Positions 24,250 through 37,382 of a stretch of DNA of 64,000 nt are shown one piece after another. Where the stretch lies: contig JASCQW010000081.1 in assembly GCA_030264375.1 (NCBI GenBank), positions 44,199,521 to 44,263,520 on the forward strand, given 5' to 3'. The stretch comes from Carcharhinus longimanus. Lineage: Eukaryota. A program made the translations under genes and the position numbers. The notes below the pieces were generated by a model, which did not search any database, was not told where the DNA came from, and saw nothing but the letters and a program-made list of their open reading frames with translations. How positions within the stretch are numbered: position 1 is the first letter of the stretch; every line of letters starts with the position of its first letter.

Positions 24250-26428
24250 AGTTAAAATTCTAAATTGGGGCAAGGACAATTTTGATGGTATCAGGCAGGA
24301 ACTTTCAACAGTTAATTGGGGAAGTCTGTGGGATGTCTGGTAAGTGGGAGGCTTTCAGAAGTGTGTTAACCAGGGTTGAGGGTAAGCACATTCTTCTTAG
24401 AGTGAATGGCAAGGCTGGTAGAGGTAGGGAACCCTGGCTAACTTGGGATATTCAGGCCCTGGTCAAGAAGAAGAAGGAGGCAAATGACATGTATAGGCAG
24501 CTGGGATCAAATGAAGCCCTTGAAGAGCACAGGAGGTAAAGAAGTAGAGTTAAGAGGGAAATCAGGAGGGCAAAAAGGGGACACGAGATTGTTTTGGCAG
24601 ATAAGGCAAAGGAGAATCCAAAGGGCTTCCATAAATCCATTAGGCCAAAAGAGTAACAAGGGAGAGAGTAGGGCCTCTTAAGGATCAACAAGGTCATCTA
24701 TGTGTGGATCCAGAAGAGATGGGTGAGATCCTAAATGAACATTTCTCATCCGTATTTACTTTTGAGAAAAGCATGGATGTTAGGGAACTTGGGGAAATAC
24801 ATAGTGATGTCTTGAGGAGTGTACATATTACAGAGAAAGAGGTGCTGGAAGTCCTAAAGTGCATCAAGGTAGATAAATCCCAGGGACCTGACGAAGTGCA
24901 TCCCAGAACATTGTGGGAGGCTAGGGAGGAAATTGTGGATCCCCTAGCAGAGATATTTGAATCATTGATAGTCACAGGTGAGGTGCCTGAAGATTGGAGA
25001 GTGGCAAATGTTGTGCNNNNNNNNNNNNNNNNNNNNNNNNNNNNNNNNNNNNNNNNNNNNNNNNNNNNNNNNNNNNNNNNNNNNNNNNNNNNNNNNNNNN
25101 NNNNNNNNNNNNNNNNNNNNNNNNNNNNNNNNNNNNNNNNNNNNNNNNNNNNNNNNNNNNNNNNNNNNNNNNNNNNNNNNNNNNNNNNNNNNNNNNNNNN
25201 NNNNNNNNNNNNNNNNNNNNNNNNNNNNNNNNNNNNNNNNNNNNNNNNNNNNNNNNNNNNNNNNNNNNNNNNNNNNNNNNNNNNNNNNNNNNNNNNNNNN
25301 NNNNNNNNNNNNNNNNNNNNNNNNNNNNNNNNNNNNNNNNNNNNNNNNNNNNNNNNNNNNNNNNNNNNNNNNNNNNNNNNNNNAGAGGGTGGTTGTAAAG
25401 GGTTGTTTTTTGAATGGAGACCTATGACCAGCGGAATGCCTCTGATTGGTGTTGGGTCCACTTTTATTTATCATTTATATTAATGATTTGGATGAGAACA
25501 TAGGAGGCATGTTTGGTAAGTTTGCAGATGACACCAAAATTTGTGGCATAGTGGACAGTGAAGAAGGTTACCTTGGACTGCAATGGGATCTTGATAAATT
25601 AGTATAGTGGGCTGACAAATGGCACATAGAGTTTAATTTAGATAAATGCGAGGTGATGCATTTTGGTAAATAGAACCAGGGCAGGACCTATTCAGTTAAT
25701 GGTAGAGTGTTGGGGGAGAATTACAGAACAAAGAGATCTAGGAGTACAGGTTCATAACTCCTTGAAAGTGGAATCACAGCTGGGCAGAGTGATGAAAAAG
25801 GCATTCAGCATGCTTGGTTTCATTGGTCAGAACATTGAATACAGGAATTGGGACGTCTTATTGAGGTTATACAAGATATATTGTGTACCGTTCTAGTCGG
25901 CCTATTGTAGAAAGGATATTATTAGACTAGAAAGAGTGCAGAAAAGATTTACTAGGATACTACCAGGACTTGATGGTTTGAGATATAAGGAGAGGCTGGA
26001 TAGGCTGGGACTTTTTTCTCTGGAGCTTAGAAGGCTGAGGGGTGATCTTACAGAAGTCTGTAAAATAATGAGGGGCACAGATCAGCTCGATAGTTCATAT
26101 ATTTTCCCAAAGGTAGGGAATCTAAAACTAGAGGGCATAGGTTTAAAGTGAAAGAGGAGAGATACAAAAGGGTCCAGAGGAGCATTATTTTCATGCAGAG
26201 GTTGGTGTGCGTCTGGAACAAGTTGCCAGAGGTAGTAGTAGAGGCGGGTTCAATTTTGTCTCTTTAAAAGCATTCAGACAGTTAGATGGATAAGATGGGT
26301 ATAGAGGATATGGGCCGAATGTGGGCAATTGGGACTAGCTTAGGGGTTTAAAGAAAAAGGGCAGCATGGACAAGTTGGGCCAAAGGGTCTGTTTCCATGC
26401 TGTAAACCTCTATAACTCTATGATTCTA
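24250..26428 (+). mobile_element. CR1 (HER1-like) LINE, 5'-truncated, ORF2 disrupted
   Basis: EMGEILNEHFSSVFT, VDKSQGPDEVHPRTLWEAREEI, VPEDWRVANVV, KFADDTKI, QRDLGVQVHNSLKV, RLGLFSLELRRLRGDL; stops and frameshifts; ends ctctataactctatgattcta. Confidence 0.95.
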
Positions 26429-26735
26429 ATTGCTGCTTTTTGTTCAATGCTGATTCTGCTTTTAATAAGCTGGGTGTGAGATTGAAACTTAAAGGTGGTG
26501 TTAGGTTTATACAGTTGCAACCAATTTTCATTTGGAGATTTTGGAATTTACAGCTGTTTATTCTGATGGATGTGTGGATGTTAGCAAAGGCCTCCAGATG
26601 ATGCAGTTTCACCATGGTGGAATGTATCTTCCTTCCTGTAGCGGTGGTGACACAACAACTAATTATATTAATTTAGAATCTCTAACATAATGAAGCATTC
26701 CCAAGGTGCTTCATAAGTGCAATATAGAACAATTA

Positions 26736-27058
26736 GGGTGGCACAGCGGTTAACTTTGCTGCCTCACAGGGCCAGGAACACAGGTTCAGTTCCGGCCTTG
26801 GGTTACTGTCTGTGTAGAATTTGCACTTTCTTCCCGTGTCTGCGTGAGTTTCCTCAGGGTGCTCCAGTTTCCTCCCACATTTGAAAGATGTGCGGGTTAG
26901 GTGCATTGGCCATGCTAAATTGACCCTTAGTTTCAGGGGGATTAGCAGAGTAAATATGTGGTGTTACAGGAATAGGGCCTGGGTGGGATTGTGATCAGTA
27001 CAGACTTGATGGGCTGACTGACCTTCTTCTGGACTGTAGGGATTTTATGATCCTATGA
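26736..27058 (+). mobile_element. HE1-type V-SINE, full length, CR1-type tail
   Basis: Head, V domain and tail gatgggctgactgaccttcttctggactgtagggattttatgatcctatga. Confidence 0.9.
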
Positions 27059-27589
27059 AAGTATGACCTTGAGTCACATGACTAAAAGCTTGACCAAAGA
27101 GGTAAATTTAAAAAAGCATGTTAAAGGAGGAAAGTGAAGTAGAGATGAGGACAAGTGTAGGGAAGATAGTTCAGAGTTTGGGGTCCAGGCAACAGAAAAC
27201 ACAGCCATCGAAGGTGGACCAATTCTCATTGCAGATGTGCAGGAGGCTATATTTAAAGGAGTGAAGGTGTTGTCAGCTGAAGAGGATTACAGAGATGGCG
27301 GGGGGGCAAGACATTAGAAGGACTTGAAAACAAAAATGAGGACTTTAAAATCAAGACATTACTAGTTTGGGAGCAGTATAGGTCAGCTGGCAGAGTGGGT
27401 GATTGGGTAAGAGAACTTGGATGACCTGAAGATTATAGAGGGTGGAATGTGGGAGATGAGCCAGGAATGTGTTAGAATAGACAAATCTAGAGATAACAGA
27501 GTCATGAAAAATGGGGTTCAGCAGCAGATGAACCCAGACAGATGTAATGTTATGAAATAGAGCCAATGTTTTGCGTCTAGGTGATCTGG

Positions 27590-27718
27590 CGCAGGATCAT
27601 CGAAGCTCAAAACGTTTGATCTATTCTGTCTCCACAGATGCTGTCAGACCTGCTAAGCTTTTCCAGCATTTTTCTGCTTTTGTTAAAGATTCCAGCATCT
27701 GCGGTATTTTGTGTTTAT
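27590..27718 (+). mobile_element. Penelope-like element terminal fragment
   Basis: aaaacgtttgatctattctgtctccacagatgctgtcagacctgctaagcttttccagcattttt..agattccagcatctgc. Confidence 0.65.
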
Positions 27719-28609
27719 CTACGATGTTATGAGATGGAAATAAGCAATCTTAGTAATGCATGAATGTATGGTAGGAAGTTCATCTTGGGACTAAGTGTTG
27801 TACCAAGATAGCAAACAAAATATTTCAGACTGTTGAAGGGAGCAGATGAAGTCAGTAGCTAGGAAACAGAGTTTGAAGCAGAATAAAAACAATAGTTTCA
27901 GCCTTCCCATAGCTAATCGAAAGAAATTTCTGCTCATCCGGTACTGGATGTCAGGTAGATTAACCTTTGCTCCATGTAGCCACCTCCATCAGAGTCTTGG
28001 AGTTGTGCTTGGTTGAGTGGGAAAAACATGGGAAGACATATGCTGTGATTATTGCTCAGTTCTGGGTTGCATGTAGTCTCAAATGCTGTTTGCCCTGGGG
28101 AAGAAGGCTTGAAGTGACTGGCAACAGGTCAGTATTGTTTGGAGGGGCTGAGAAAGATCACTCCTGCTCCTCTTAGCCTCACTTTATCATGAAAAAATAC
28201 ATTTCCTGTGCAGTTTTTTGACTGGAATCCAGCAGCATAGGTTACTTAGTGCCTGGCACTGCAGAGTGGATAACCCATGACTAGATTTGCCTATTACAAA
28301 GTCTCCCACTTGATTAGGCAGGTGGCTGCTTATCATTTGTAAGACCTCCTGAAAGATGTGTCAGGCCATCCTTGGGTCTAAATGGGGTGGCCAAAGTGAT
28401 TCCCCCCCTTGATTGTCAAGTTCTGATTCATTCTTCAGGCAGGAAATGTGCCAGCGGTTGGAAATAACACTGCCCTATTCCGCTCATCAGTTTACCTTAA
28501 TTTTTTTCATGGTATTGGAACTTTGCATTGGATCAACTCAAAGTCTTGCCACTTTTAATGAGAGCCATATCAAGTCCCTCAATGTTGTGGTACATTTTAT
28601 GACTAGAGC

Positions 28610-29232
28610 ATAGTGAATGGCACCCCCCCACCCCCGAGGAGGTCAGGGATAATGGGAGTGCCACTGGGCATTGCCAGCTTGGCAGTACCAGCCTAGTCCC
28701 CTGGTGTTGTCCAGGCAGCAAAGTGATACTGCCCACTGGGCACTGAGCAGTATCAAGGAGGCAGGGTCAGAGGAGGGTGGGGCCTATTGAAGTGGCTACT
28801 GTTCTGCACTTGGGATCAGTGAAAGAGGGAGGGAAAGGGCTGATCAGGGTAGCCATCAGGATGGGATGAAGGAAGATCAAGGTGGGCTGGGGGGAAGGAC
28901 TAGCCTGCAGATATCCAGGAGGCCAGCAATCGGCGGATGGGGGAATCGGAGTAGCAGCGCTGCAGGGTTATTGTGCTGGCCAGCACTGCGCATGTGCCAA
29001 TCTCAGTGCTGACAGATTGGCACATGGGCAGTGACCTGCTTAGCACTATACTGCCGGCCTCTTCGGCTGGAATAGGCCCTGTCCATTGATTTTTCCTATT
29101 ATCCACGCTAATGCACTCTGCAGTGCTCAGTGTGGGAGATGCATTTTGAAATTTCTGCTGAAAAACCAGTGGGATTTACTCCCATTTTTAAGCAAAATTG
29201 ACACTTAGAATTTTTGGGGGAACATCCCAGCC
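28610..29232 (-). mobile_element. Partial inverted copy of the 20253-21255 DNA transposon family
   Basis: 29130-29232 aligns with the reverse complement of 20253-20355 (cattttgaaa..gctgaaaaa..gatttactcc..acttagaa..ggg). Confidence 0.75.
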
Positions 29233-29859
29233 AACATTGATTAAAATTTTTAAAAAATCAAAAAAGATTCAAAATTCTACTGACAAAGATTGCATGCAAT
29301 TATAATAAACTTTGATCTACAAAGAAAGAACATACTGTAGTGACCTAACTTTATAGTTTCTGCACTATCCTTCAGTAATCTATGATCAAATTCAAGAATG
29401 GGGCCAAATGCTAAGGAAAAAGTTAAAGAATTACAGTTAACTTACTTAATTTCAGTTCTTGTTGCATTTATAACTTTGAATTTACTTCTTGGTTATTTGG
29501 ATAAATTAACCTGAATCCCTACAAATTAATTGGTTTGTGATTTCAAGCATGGTTATTGAGACTTGATCATCTGGGACATTGTGTCAATTGGTGTTTTTGG
29601 AATGTAACTTCCTTGTTGTCTTTGTGGTTGCTACCTTTCTATGTGATTCTTGGACGTTTTCAAATAAAATTAAGTTATCGCAAATGACTTATTTGAAGTA
29701 ACAATAACGAAGTTATACAGCTCTACACCTGCTATCTTGTTAAGTAACAGATGTTGCTGCAAAATGGAATCAGATCTAATATCTAGATTATGTGCTGGTT
29801 TAAAACAATTATTCACAATTAGGTTATAATCACACCCTCCCTGTAGCTTCCTGAGCATT

Positions 29860-29990
29860 TTATTTTCATTTGTTTTCAGCATATGGGCATCATTGTTAAG
29901 GCTGGCATTTATTGGTCATCTCTGATTGCCCTTTGAGGCTGTGACCTCCTTGGTTTGTTGGTCTGTATGTGACTGGCCTGTTACCCTTCT
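29860..29990 (-). mobile_element. SINE/LINE 3' tail fragment (family of 10223-10560)
   Basis: gggcatcattgttaaggctggcatttattggtcatctctgattgcccttt. Confidence 0.55.
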
Positions 29991-31199
29991 GTAACATTTG
30001 ATATAATTCTATGACTGTTCTCAATACTGTTCCGCAGTTCCTGAAGTTTGACCTTTGTAGAAATTTTATCCAACTGCGTGTCTTTCTAGATCTCTTCAGG
30101 GGGTGCGAGCCAGACTGAGCAAAGAAAGCAAAATGCCCTTAGCATGTTTTACATTGTCGGTGGAACTTCACAGAAGTGGGCCTTTAATAATTCATTTACA
30201 TTTTAGAAATTCCCAGGCAAATCACTCAAATCACAGGCAATGCCAACCGATGTGCAAACCGGTTTCATTCTCTGACAAGCACACCTTTTTCTATTTTGAA
30301 ATCTATAAATTATTGAACCCACTAGCTCCTGCTGAGACTAAAACAAAATGTCTGAATCTCACTCCAAATGTGTGAGAATGAACTGATTGATTCTTGAGTC
30401 AATTGACAGAAAAATGCCCAATTTTGCAACATGTGCTAATGACAGGTACTAGCAACAAGGACTTGATATCTACCTTGAAAAGTAAACACTATGCAAGGGT
30501 GTATGGTTTCCTGTGTCGTATGAATCATTGCAGAAAGGTTTAGTGCACAAAGAGATGATGATATTCACTTCCTTTTGNNNNNNNNNNNNNNNNNNNNNNN
30601 NNNNNNNNNNNNNNNNNACCCTTGTAAATGTGAACATCAAGGTGCCATTGATGAATTTGCTGTATTTAATGTACAAGCATTGAACCATTTACGTCACATG
30701 TGTGATAAATTAGGAAGAAAGAGCTTGCATTTGGAACATAGAACCACAAAATTCCACTCCGTAGCAGCAAAATGTGAGGCCCTCAAAATGGTTAGCACAA
30801 TTTCCATGCAAATTTCAGGCATGTTTGACACATCTTTTGCAATTTTGGAGTGTGGAGGTCAAGGGAAAACCATAACCTAACAATTCCCAGCCAAATATGC
30901 ATTCAGCAGCTCATGGGATCCCTTTAGCAAAACTTAAGGAACATTTTAAGCAAATTTTTTGGCAGTATGTGTATTCTTGAAGGAGATTTGGTAACTTGTT
31001 GGGTTTCAGAGGGTGTGTTTTTGCTTTCTAATAGGGAGGTCAAAAGAGTTTTTCACCATCTGAACAGAGAGCCAGCTAGCATCATTGAGAAGTGGAGGGG
31101 AGGGTCATTTTCAATCTCTATTCATATTGGTCTTGATGCAATGCACAGAGATGGAGCTTGGACTGTAGAGAGGGGATGCCATTTTTGACAAAGAGGAGA

Positions 31200-31830
31200 G
31201 GTCTCCACAGAATGTCTTTCCAATGAAAGATCTTCTGGAAGCACCTTTCCTACTGCCACCTAAGTCGAGAGCTATATCTGAGGTCGCTACACTTCATCAA
31301 GGAGGTAATCATAGAAATGTGCCAAATCCTACAAGAACCTTGCAGCAGGGCAAGGACACCACTGCTAATGGTAACTGATATTTCTGCACAGATTCTTCCA
31401 GACTGAAGTGGTGACAATGCTTACATTTTCCAGTTGGCTAGAAAATTTGATGGGGGATGGAGGCCCTGTATAACAGGAAAGACTTTGTCATCTTCTCCCT
31501 CACCAGAGAAAAGCAGGGGGAGTGGGCAGGTGACTTTGCCAGAATAGCTGGAATCCCAATGATAAACAGGAACAGCAAAGAGTTCCTCACCATTAACATG
31601 AAGTTGGTTCTCAAGCAACACTTTTTTGGGGCAGCCTTGCAATACTCAGTGAAGCAAGTCTCCAAATTCTTAGCAGTCTCCTCCACAACCTTGATTTTCT
31701 GAGGGTACAGACCTTGAGACATGGCACAGAGGCCATCTGGAAAAGACAAGGAAGGAGGGAGGAGGCACATGGGCCTCTTCACTTCAGGCAGACTTTGTGT
31801 ATACTGAGACTTTGGTTCATTTGGGATGTC
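31200..31830 (+). pseudogene. PIF/Harbinger (HARBI1-like, DDE_Tnp_4) transposase relic with internal deletions
   Basis: KHLSYCHLSRELYLRSLHFIKEVIIEMCQILQ..SRARTPL; EALYNRKDFVIFSL..FARIAGIP; NRNSKEFLTINMKLV; LKQHF..GAALQYSVKQVSKF..LHNL, colinear with recalled HARBI1 motifs (VTEALVERASQFIRF, FYGLAGMP, YVNRKGLHSLNCLMV, GALQYSPEK..LHNI). Confidence 0.85.
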
Positions 31831-31999
31831 ACCCTCTCAGCACTAGAGCTTGACAGTGTGCCAATTTTCAATCCACCTGGAAAGTCCCATCACATGTATG
31901 CATGGCCAAAATCCTGCAGTAAAATCTGCCAGCATAAACCTTGCCATAAAAGCTTTATGCAGCAGCACATCCAACGATGCTATTCCCCTTTGTGAATTG

Positions 32000-33240
32000 T
32001 TGCCTCTTTTGGAGTACCTTTGCCCCTCCCTTTGCTCCTAAACAGTGCTACCCCAGTGCCTGCAGCTTGGCTGGTGGAAGATTCCTGACATTTACTTGGG
32101 GAGGCTGCCGATGGCCTTGCAGGCAACCTCAAGTAGCTCCAGGCTTTGTGGACTCAGCATGGGATCAATATGGGCACAACAGCCTAGGGTGATTGCTGAC
32201 AGGCAATGGGTAATGGCAGTGGTGGCAACACAGAAATGCTGCCTTTTCAAGAGAGGGCAGCAGGTTCATGCTCAGCATAGCTACTGGAACTCCCTGGGGT
32301 GGTCACACAGCAATCCTAGTAATTTTTAGAGGACTGCTGCAAGACCCTGTCTGCACACCCCTCTGAGCATCAAGATTAGCAGCCATGATGGCAGCAGTCT
32401 CAACCTGCATGACAGCAAGCACCCAAAATTCATCACTGCCAACTGATCTTCCACTTCTGCACCCTGACATTGGGTGGGTGATTTGTGCTTCATAGAATCT
32501 TACAAATGGGGAGAACATGCAAACTCCATACAAACAATTGCCTGAGGTTGGAATCGAACCTGGGACCCTGGCACTGTGAGGCAGCAGTGCTAACCAACTC
32601 TTCCGCTGTCACTCTCACTATCATTCTCCCTCTCTGTTATGTTGCAAAGAAAGTTGAGACCCAATGCATCATGGACAGGCCTGCAAGTTTTGTCATGACA
32701 TTACCCACCACTTTCATACTGGAAAGGATGGGCTCCAAGTTCTATATGTTTCCTGCTATGTTAAAGCTTCACTCCTCCATTCTGCTTGACAGTGATAAAA
32801 CTGACTGCCGGAGCTGTGTGCATGCACATCAACTTTCACCACAATGTTGTTCCATCCAGACATAATCTGAGTACCCAATAGCAGAATTTGTCTGTAACCT
32901 TGTTCACTGTGGCACTGGCAAAAAAACTGTCCTATGCCTCAAATTGGCTATAGCCCAGTTGTGCTCAGTAATGCAACATGTGCTGATCCTGATTCTAAGG
33001 TATTTGTAATAACATCTGAGCTGTGGCTGCGACTGTCACATCAAGTGAGGTGGGTTGTATCTCAGAGCAGCTCTCGCCTTCTTCCTGAGGTTCCACTGCC
33101 TGACCAGGCAGCAGTTCTTGAGTATCTGGAAGTAGAGACTCAGAAGGGGAGGGTTGGGATGAGAGAGTTAGAGAGGAAAGTGATTGAGATCCATGGTTAC
33201 GTGATCTGCAGATTGCACTTAATGCCAATACCAAGGTGAA
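32000..33240 (-). pseudogene. Harbinger Myb/SANT-like accessory gene relic (3' exons), convergent with the transposase
   Basis: GT-AG intron 33126-33200 (gtaacc...ctacttccag) followed by DTQELLPGQAVEPQEEGESCSEIQPTSLDVTVAAT; degraded coding-like sequence continues toward 32000. Confidence 0.55.
32505..32600 (-). mobile_element. V-SINE 5' fragment inserted in the Harbinger relic
   Basis: ggagaacatgcaaactcca..ggaatcgaacctgggaccctggcactgtgaggcagcagtgctaacc. Confidence 0.85.
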
Positions 33241-33844
33241 TTTGAAGGGGGATTTGAGAAAGTGCATTAGGGAGGAACCAAAGTAGCAGTAAGAATTCAC
33301 AAAGTAGCTTTATCATCTAAAATACAATCTTTCATATATCGGAAATTGGTCACTACAATTACTGATAATTAAAATACAGAAGAAAAATACGCCAGCAGTG
33401 CAACTAACTGCATAAACATCACCTCTCAACATAGAATTGAAAAGCAGAGAGGTTATACTAAATGTTTATAAAACTTTTCCATACAAAATCACACATTTTA
33501 ATAAGCAAATTAGAAACAGACTGAAGAAAGATTTGAACTGTAAGGAGTGCAACCTCAACAGAATGTTGAAAGTTTGGTGAGTTGAGGGAAGCCTAAGTTT
33601 CTTTCTAAGTATCTGATATTGTTTGCATTTAACTGCAAGCAATGTTTACATTCTAAATTTCATCCGGGGGGCCAATCAGGGAGATGGCGCTATGCATTGG
33701 AGATAGTTAACAAAGGAAACTAGCTTAAACATTTTTTCTGCACCCGGGCTCAGCTATATTTTTAGAACACATATATTCAGATATTTCAGTGCAACCTCAA
33801 CAGAGTGCTGGGAGTTGGGTGAGTTGAGGGAGTTAGGTATTCCA

Positions 33845-34605
33845 GCAAATGTGAGACTGTCCATTTTGACAGGAAGAATAAAAAGAAGCATATTATCTAA
33901 GTGCTGAGAGATTGCAGAGCTCTGAGATTCAAAGGGATCTAGGTATCCTCGTGCATGAATCACGAAAGATTAGTGTGCAGATACAGCAAGTAATTAGGAA
34001 AGGTAACGAAATGTTATAATTTATTGCAAGGGGCACTGAATACAAAAGTAGCAAGGTTATACTTCAGTTATACAGGTTACCGTTAAGACCCATTTGGAGT
34101 ATTGTGTACAGTATTAGTCTCCTAATTTAAGGAACAATGTATATGCATTGAAAACAGCTTAGAGAAGGTTTACTAGACTAATACCGGGAATGGGAGGGTT
34201 ACTTTATGAGGAAAGATTGGACAGGCTATCCACTGAAGTTTAGAACAGCAAGGGGTGACGTGATTGAAACCTTTAAGATTCTGAGAGGGTTGATATGAAG
34301 ATGATATTTCCTCTTGTGGCATAATCTAGAAGTAGGGATCACTATTTAAAAATAAGGGATCACTTATTTAATTAAGACAGAGGTGAGGAGAATTTTTTCT
34401 CTCAGATGGTTGTGAGTGTTTGGAAGTTTCTTCCTCAAAGGGAGTGGAAGCAGAGTCCTTCAATATTTTTAAGGCAGAGCTACATGATAATCAAGGGGGT
34501 GAAGGGTTATCAGGATTAGGAGGAAGGTTACAACAAGATCTACCATGATTTTATCGGTTAGCGCAGCAGGCCTGACACCTGTTCCTAATTCGTATGTACC
34601 TACGT
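33845..34605 (+). mobile_element. CR1 LINE 3' portion, decayed
   Basis: aaatgtgagactgtccattttg (KCETVHF), caaagggatctaggtatcctcgtgcatgaatc (QRDLGILVHES), ttggagtattgtgtacag, 3' end cctgttcctaattcgtatgt. Confidence 0.85.
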
Positions 34606-36687
34606 TTGTAAAAAGTGCAATTGTTGTAGTGCTATATAAAACAATTCTGACTGTATGAGACCAAAGATTTCAAAATGATAGAATTTCAAACTGAACCCCT
34701 GGCAATAGATGTTGATTGCTGTGTTCCTTGATGGAGGAAAGTCAGGAATTATATAGCAAGTAAGTCCTGCAGTGCACAGTGGAGTTAATTAAAAAGCTAA
34801 TACTGCTGGCTTTAGAACATCCAGGAGCTACGTGAGAATAAAACCAGCTATAGGCTGCCCTCGTGGCTTCTGATTAACAGGTTACTGCAACATGGATGTA
34901 TAAATACCAATTACTTTTCCAATAAAAACTTTGGATTTCTTCTGAGTTGGTAAACACCAGTGTCTGTCTGCCACTTTCTCTCTTTTGTCTCTAGTTAAAA
35001 ATGTTACCCTGTACCAAGCACGATGTTTGCTTGATTCTAACCAATTGCAATTTTAGGTTACCTGGCTGCTTTATTAGCAGGTGTGCTATTACCACAGCAG
35101 ACAATACACTATCAGTATTAAAGAAGTGAATCCTCTGAGTCCAATAGCCTCTGGATCTTGAATTTTCTTATATATCTTTAGGGGTTACAAAAATATGGGC
35201 CTTCTAGAATTGACATAATGACAACAATATAGAAATGGAGAGTGTTAATTCCAGCATCTGATTATTTGATGATTGGCTGAGTAGCTACAGGTTTGTCAAA
35301 TGGTCTTGACTTGGTGTTATGATAACTTCTGACATCCTTCTTGTCCTTATAAGCTACATTTACTTTAACCAATCATTTCCAACTTTCCATTTGAACTTTG
35401 TGTCAAAAAACTGAGAGAATTAGGTTATTGCATGTTTTCAGTCGATATGTTTGTGCTTAAGAATATGTTCTTTTCATAAACTGTCCATTACCAACTAAAA
35501 ATGGCAGGCTGGAATTTGTTCCAATGACATGGAGGTGAGGAGAGAGGTAGCGAGGTCAAAGGAAAGGTTGGCAGGACGCTTTCGATGACCTGCATCTTTT
35601 CCTATTATTAACAAGCATAAAGTACCTTCAGAAAGCATAGGAGAGCCGGGGAAGTTCAGGTGAATCACTGAGCCACCAATAGATTTTAGGGGTAATTGGC
35701 TTTAAGTAGTTCATTAAATGAACCTGATTACCTTCCTGCTGTCAGAGTCAGGATTCCTGTACCAGACGCTTTCTGCCTCCAACTTAACTGGGAACAATTT
35801 TCCCCATATCAGGATCCTGATGAAGGTACTACTGCCCAATTCACCCGCCTGCTATATCACCATCTCTGTTTTGGCAGGCTCCACTATTATCAAGCCCATT
35901 ATTGTTACAGTGAGTGAGTATATTCTTTTTTCACCTAAAATCTCCAAAAATTTAAATTGAAAAATCTGCAGCCTGATCTGGAAAAAAAAGGTTCCAGAAT
36001 AAAAAATTTCAATGAAACAGTTGCAAATTGCCAGAGAAGCTGTGTAACAGACGTGTAAGTTGAGAGGCAGAGAAGAAATCACTGTTGCAACTCAAGGCTC
36101 CACCATGGCCCATTCATAGAATGTAACAACAATCTAGGATGCATGAGTGCATTTTTATAAAGGCTTTAACATTTTCTAAACAAAGCACAGTAACCAGGCA
36201 GCATGAGGAGACCATTGATTTGAAAGTGCACTCTGCAGCCTGGAACCAAGATCAGTGCCATTTATGTGGTGGCCACATGGTGAGAAATAATAAGAAAAAA
36301 TTGGCTACTAAATTTAAACCTTCAATGCAGCAAAGTAGCTAACTGACTTCAATAATCTTTTACATGATTTTTCCTGAGACTTGGAGAAGGTTTGAAACCT
36401 CCCAGTAACTGTGGTGGGTGCTCAAAGAAACCTGATCCACATGGGAAAACTTCATTACTGCAGCACCATTTAAAAAAGTTAATGCAAGCCTCCCCTAATC
36501 TGGATTCAAAATTTACTTTGCAGAACAAGCTGGGTGGATGGAAGGGCCAGACCCCGCAGAATTGGGTGCTATGGAGCTGGAAGTGTTTAAGATACAGAAT
36601 TGCATCAGTATCAAATAATAAATCAGAGGCTGGGAAGATTAATATATTTTGTATTGAATTGCTGATAACATGATAGGCAGACAAGAA

Positions 36688-37382
36688 GGGGGATTTTCTG
36701 TTTTTGGCAAGTGGGAATGGCGGGGGTGGTGGGGGGGGGGGGGGGTGACAGGTGTGATTTNNNNNNNNNNNNNNNNNNNNNNNNNNNNNNNNNNNNNNNN
36801 NNNNNNNNNNNNNNNNNNNNNNNNNNNNNNNNNNNNNNNNNNNNNNNNNNNNNNNNNNNNNNNNNNNNNNNNNNNNNNNNNNNNNNNNNNNNNNNNNNNN
36901 NNNNNNNNNNNNNNNNNNNNNNNNNNNNNNNNNNNNNNNNNNNNNNNNNNNNNNNNNNNNNNNNNNAGCTGGGTTTACAACAGCTTTTGTAAAATGGGGA
37001 TCTGGCAAAAAGAACCCACTGAGAATGCACAGGTAAGTGCATCCCCCAGAGTGGAGAGGGTCCCAGCACTGCGTCCTGGTACTAAGGCAATGGCCAGGGA
37101 CATTGCCTGAGCATTGATGGCAGGGTGGAGTGATTTTCAATTGGGGAAGGTTGGGTGGATGGATTTTCTGGACAGGGGAAAACTTTGGGGGAAGCCGAAA
37201 TTTCTTGCTCATTCAGCATTTGCCTCCCGTCACATGACATTACAGGACCCACCCCTTAAACCTTTTTCATCAAAGTGTTTAAAGGTATGATGGGAAATCC
37301 CAGCAAGACAGTCAATTGTTTGCCCTTTGCTTTCCCCGCCAGAGACAATCAACACTTTAAAAAAAATCAAAACATTCCACCC
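36688..37382. mobile_element. Non-autonomous Harbinger-like element spanning an N gap
   Basis: Degenerate TIRs GGGGGATTTTC / AACATTCCACCC; G-rich interior with ggcaatggccagggacattgcc motif also seen in the 20253 family. Confidence 0.45.

Larger units (their letters stand above)
26665..27960 (-). mobile_element. Old L2 LINE 3' portion, interrupted by a SINE and a Penelope-type tail
   Basis: cccaaggtgcttcata, aaaagcttgaccaaagaggt, gttagaatagacaaatctagagataacagagtcatg (reverse complement of the HAFVTSRLDYSN-like motif). Confidence 0.7.

Noticed and set aside
24694-25483. Long ORFs of 134-259 aa
   Set aside because: Inflated by the 367-N gap; the real part is disrupted CR1 ORF2. The same applies to ORFs across the gaps at 880, 8920, 36761, 43781 and 55321.
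31200-31830. Host HARBI1 gene (and NAIF1 for the Myb relics)
   Set aside because: Stops, frameshifts, catalytic-core deletions and multiple divergent copies indicate transposon relics rather than the domesticated genes.
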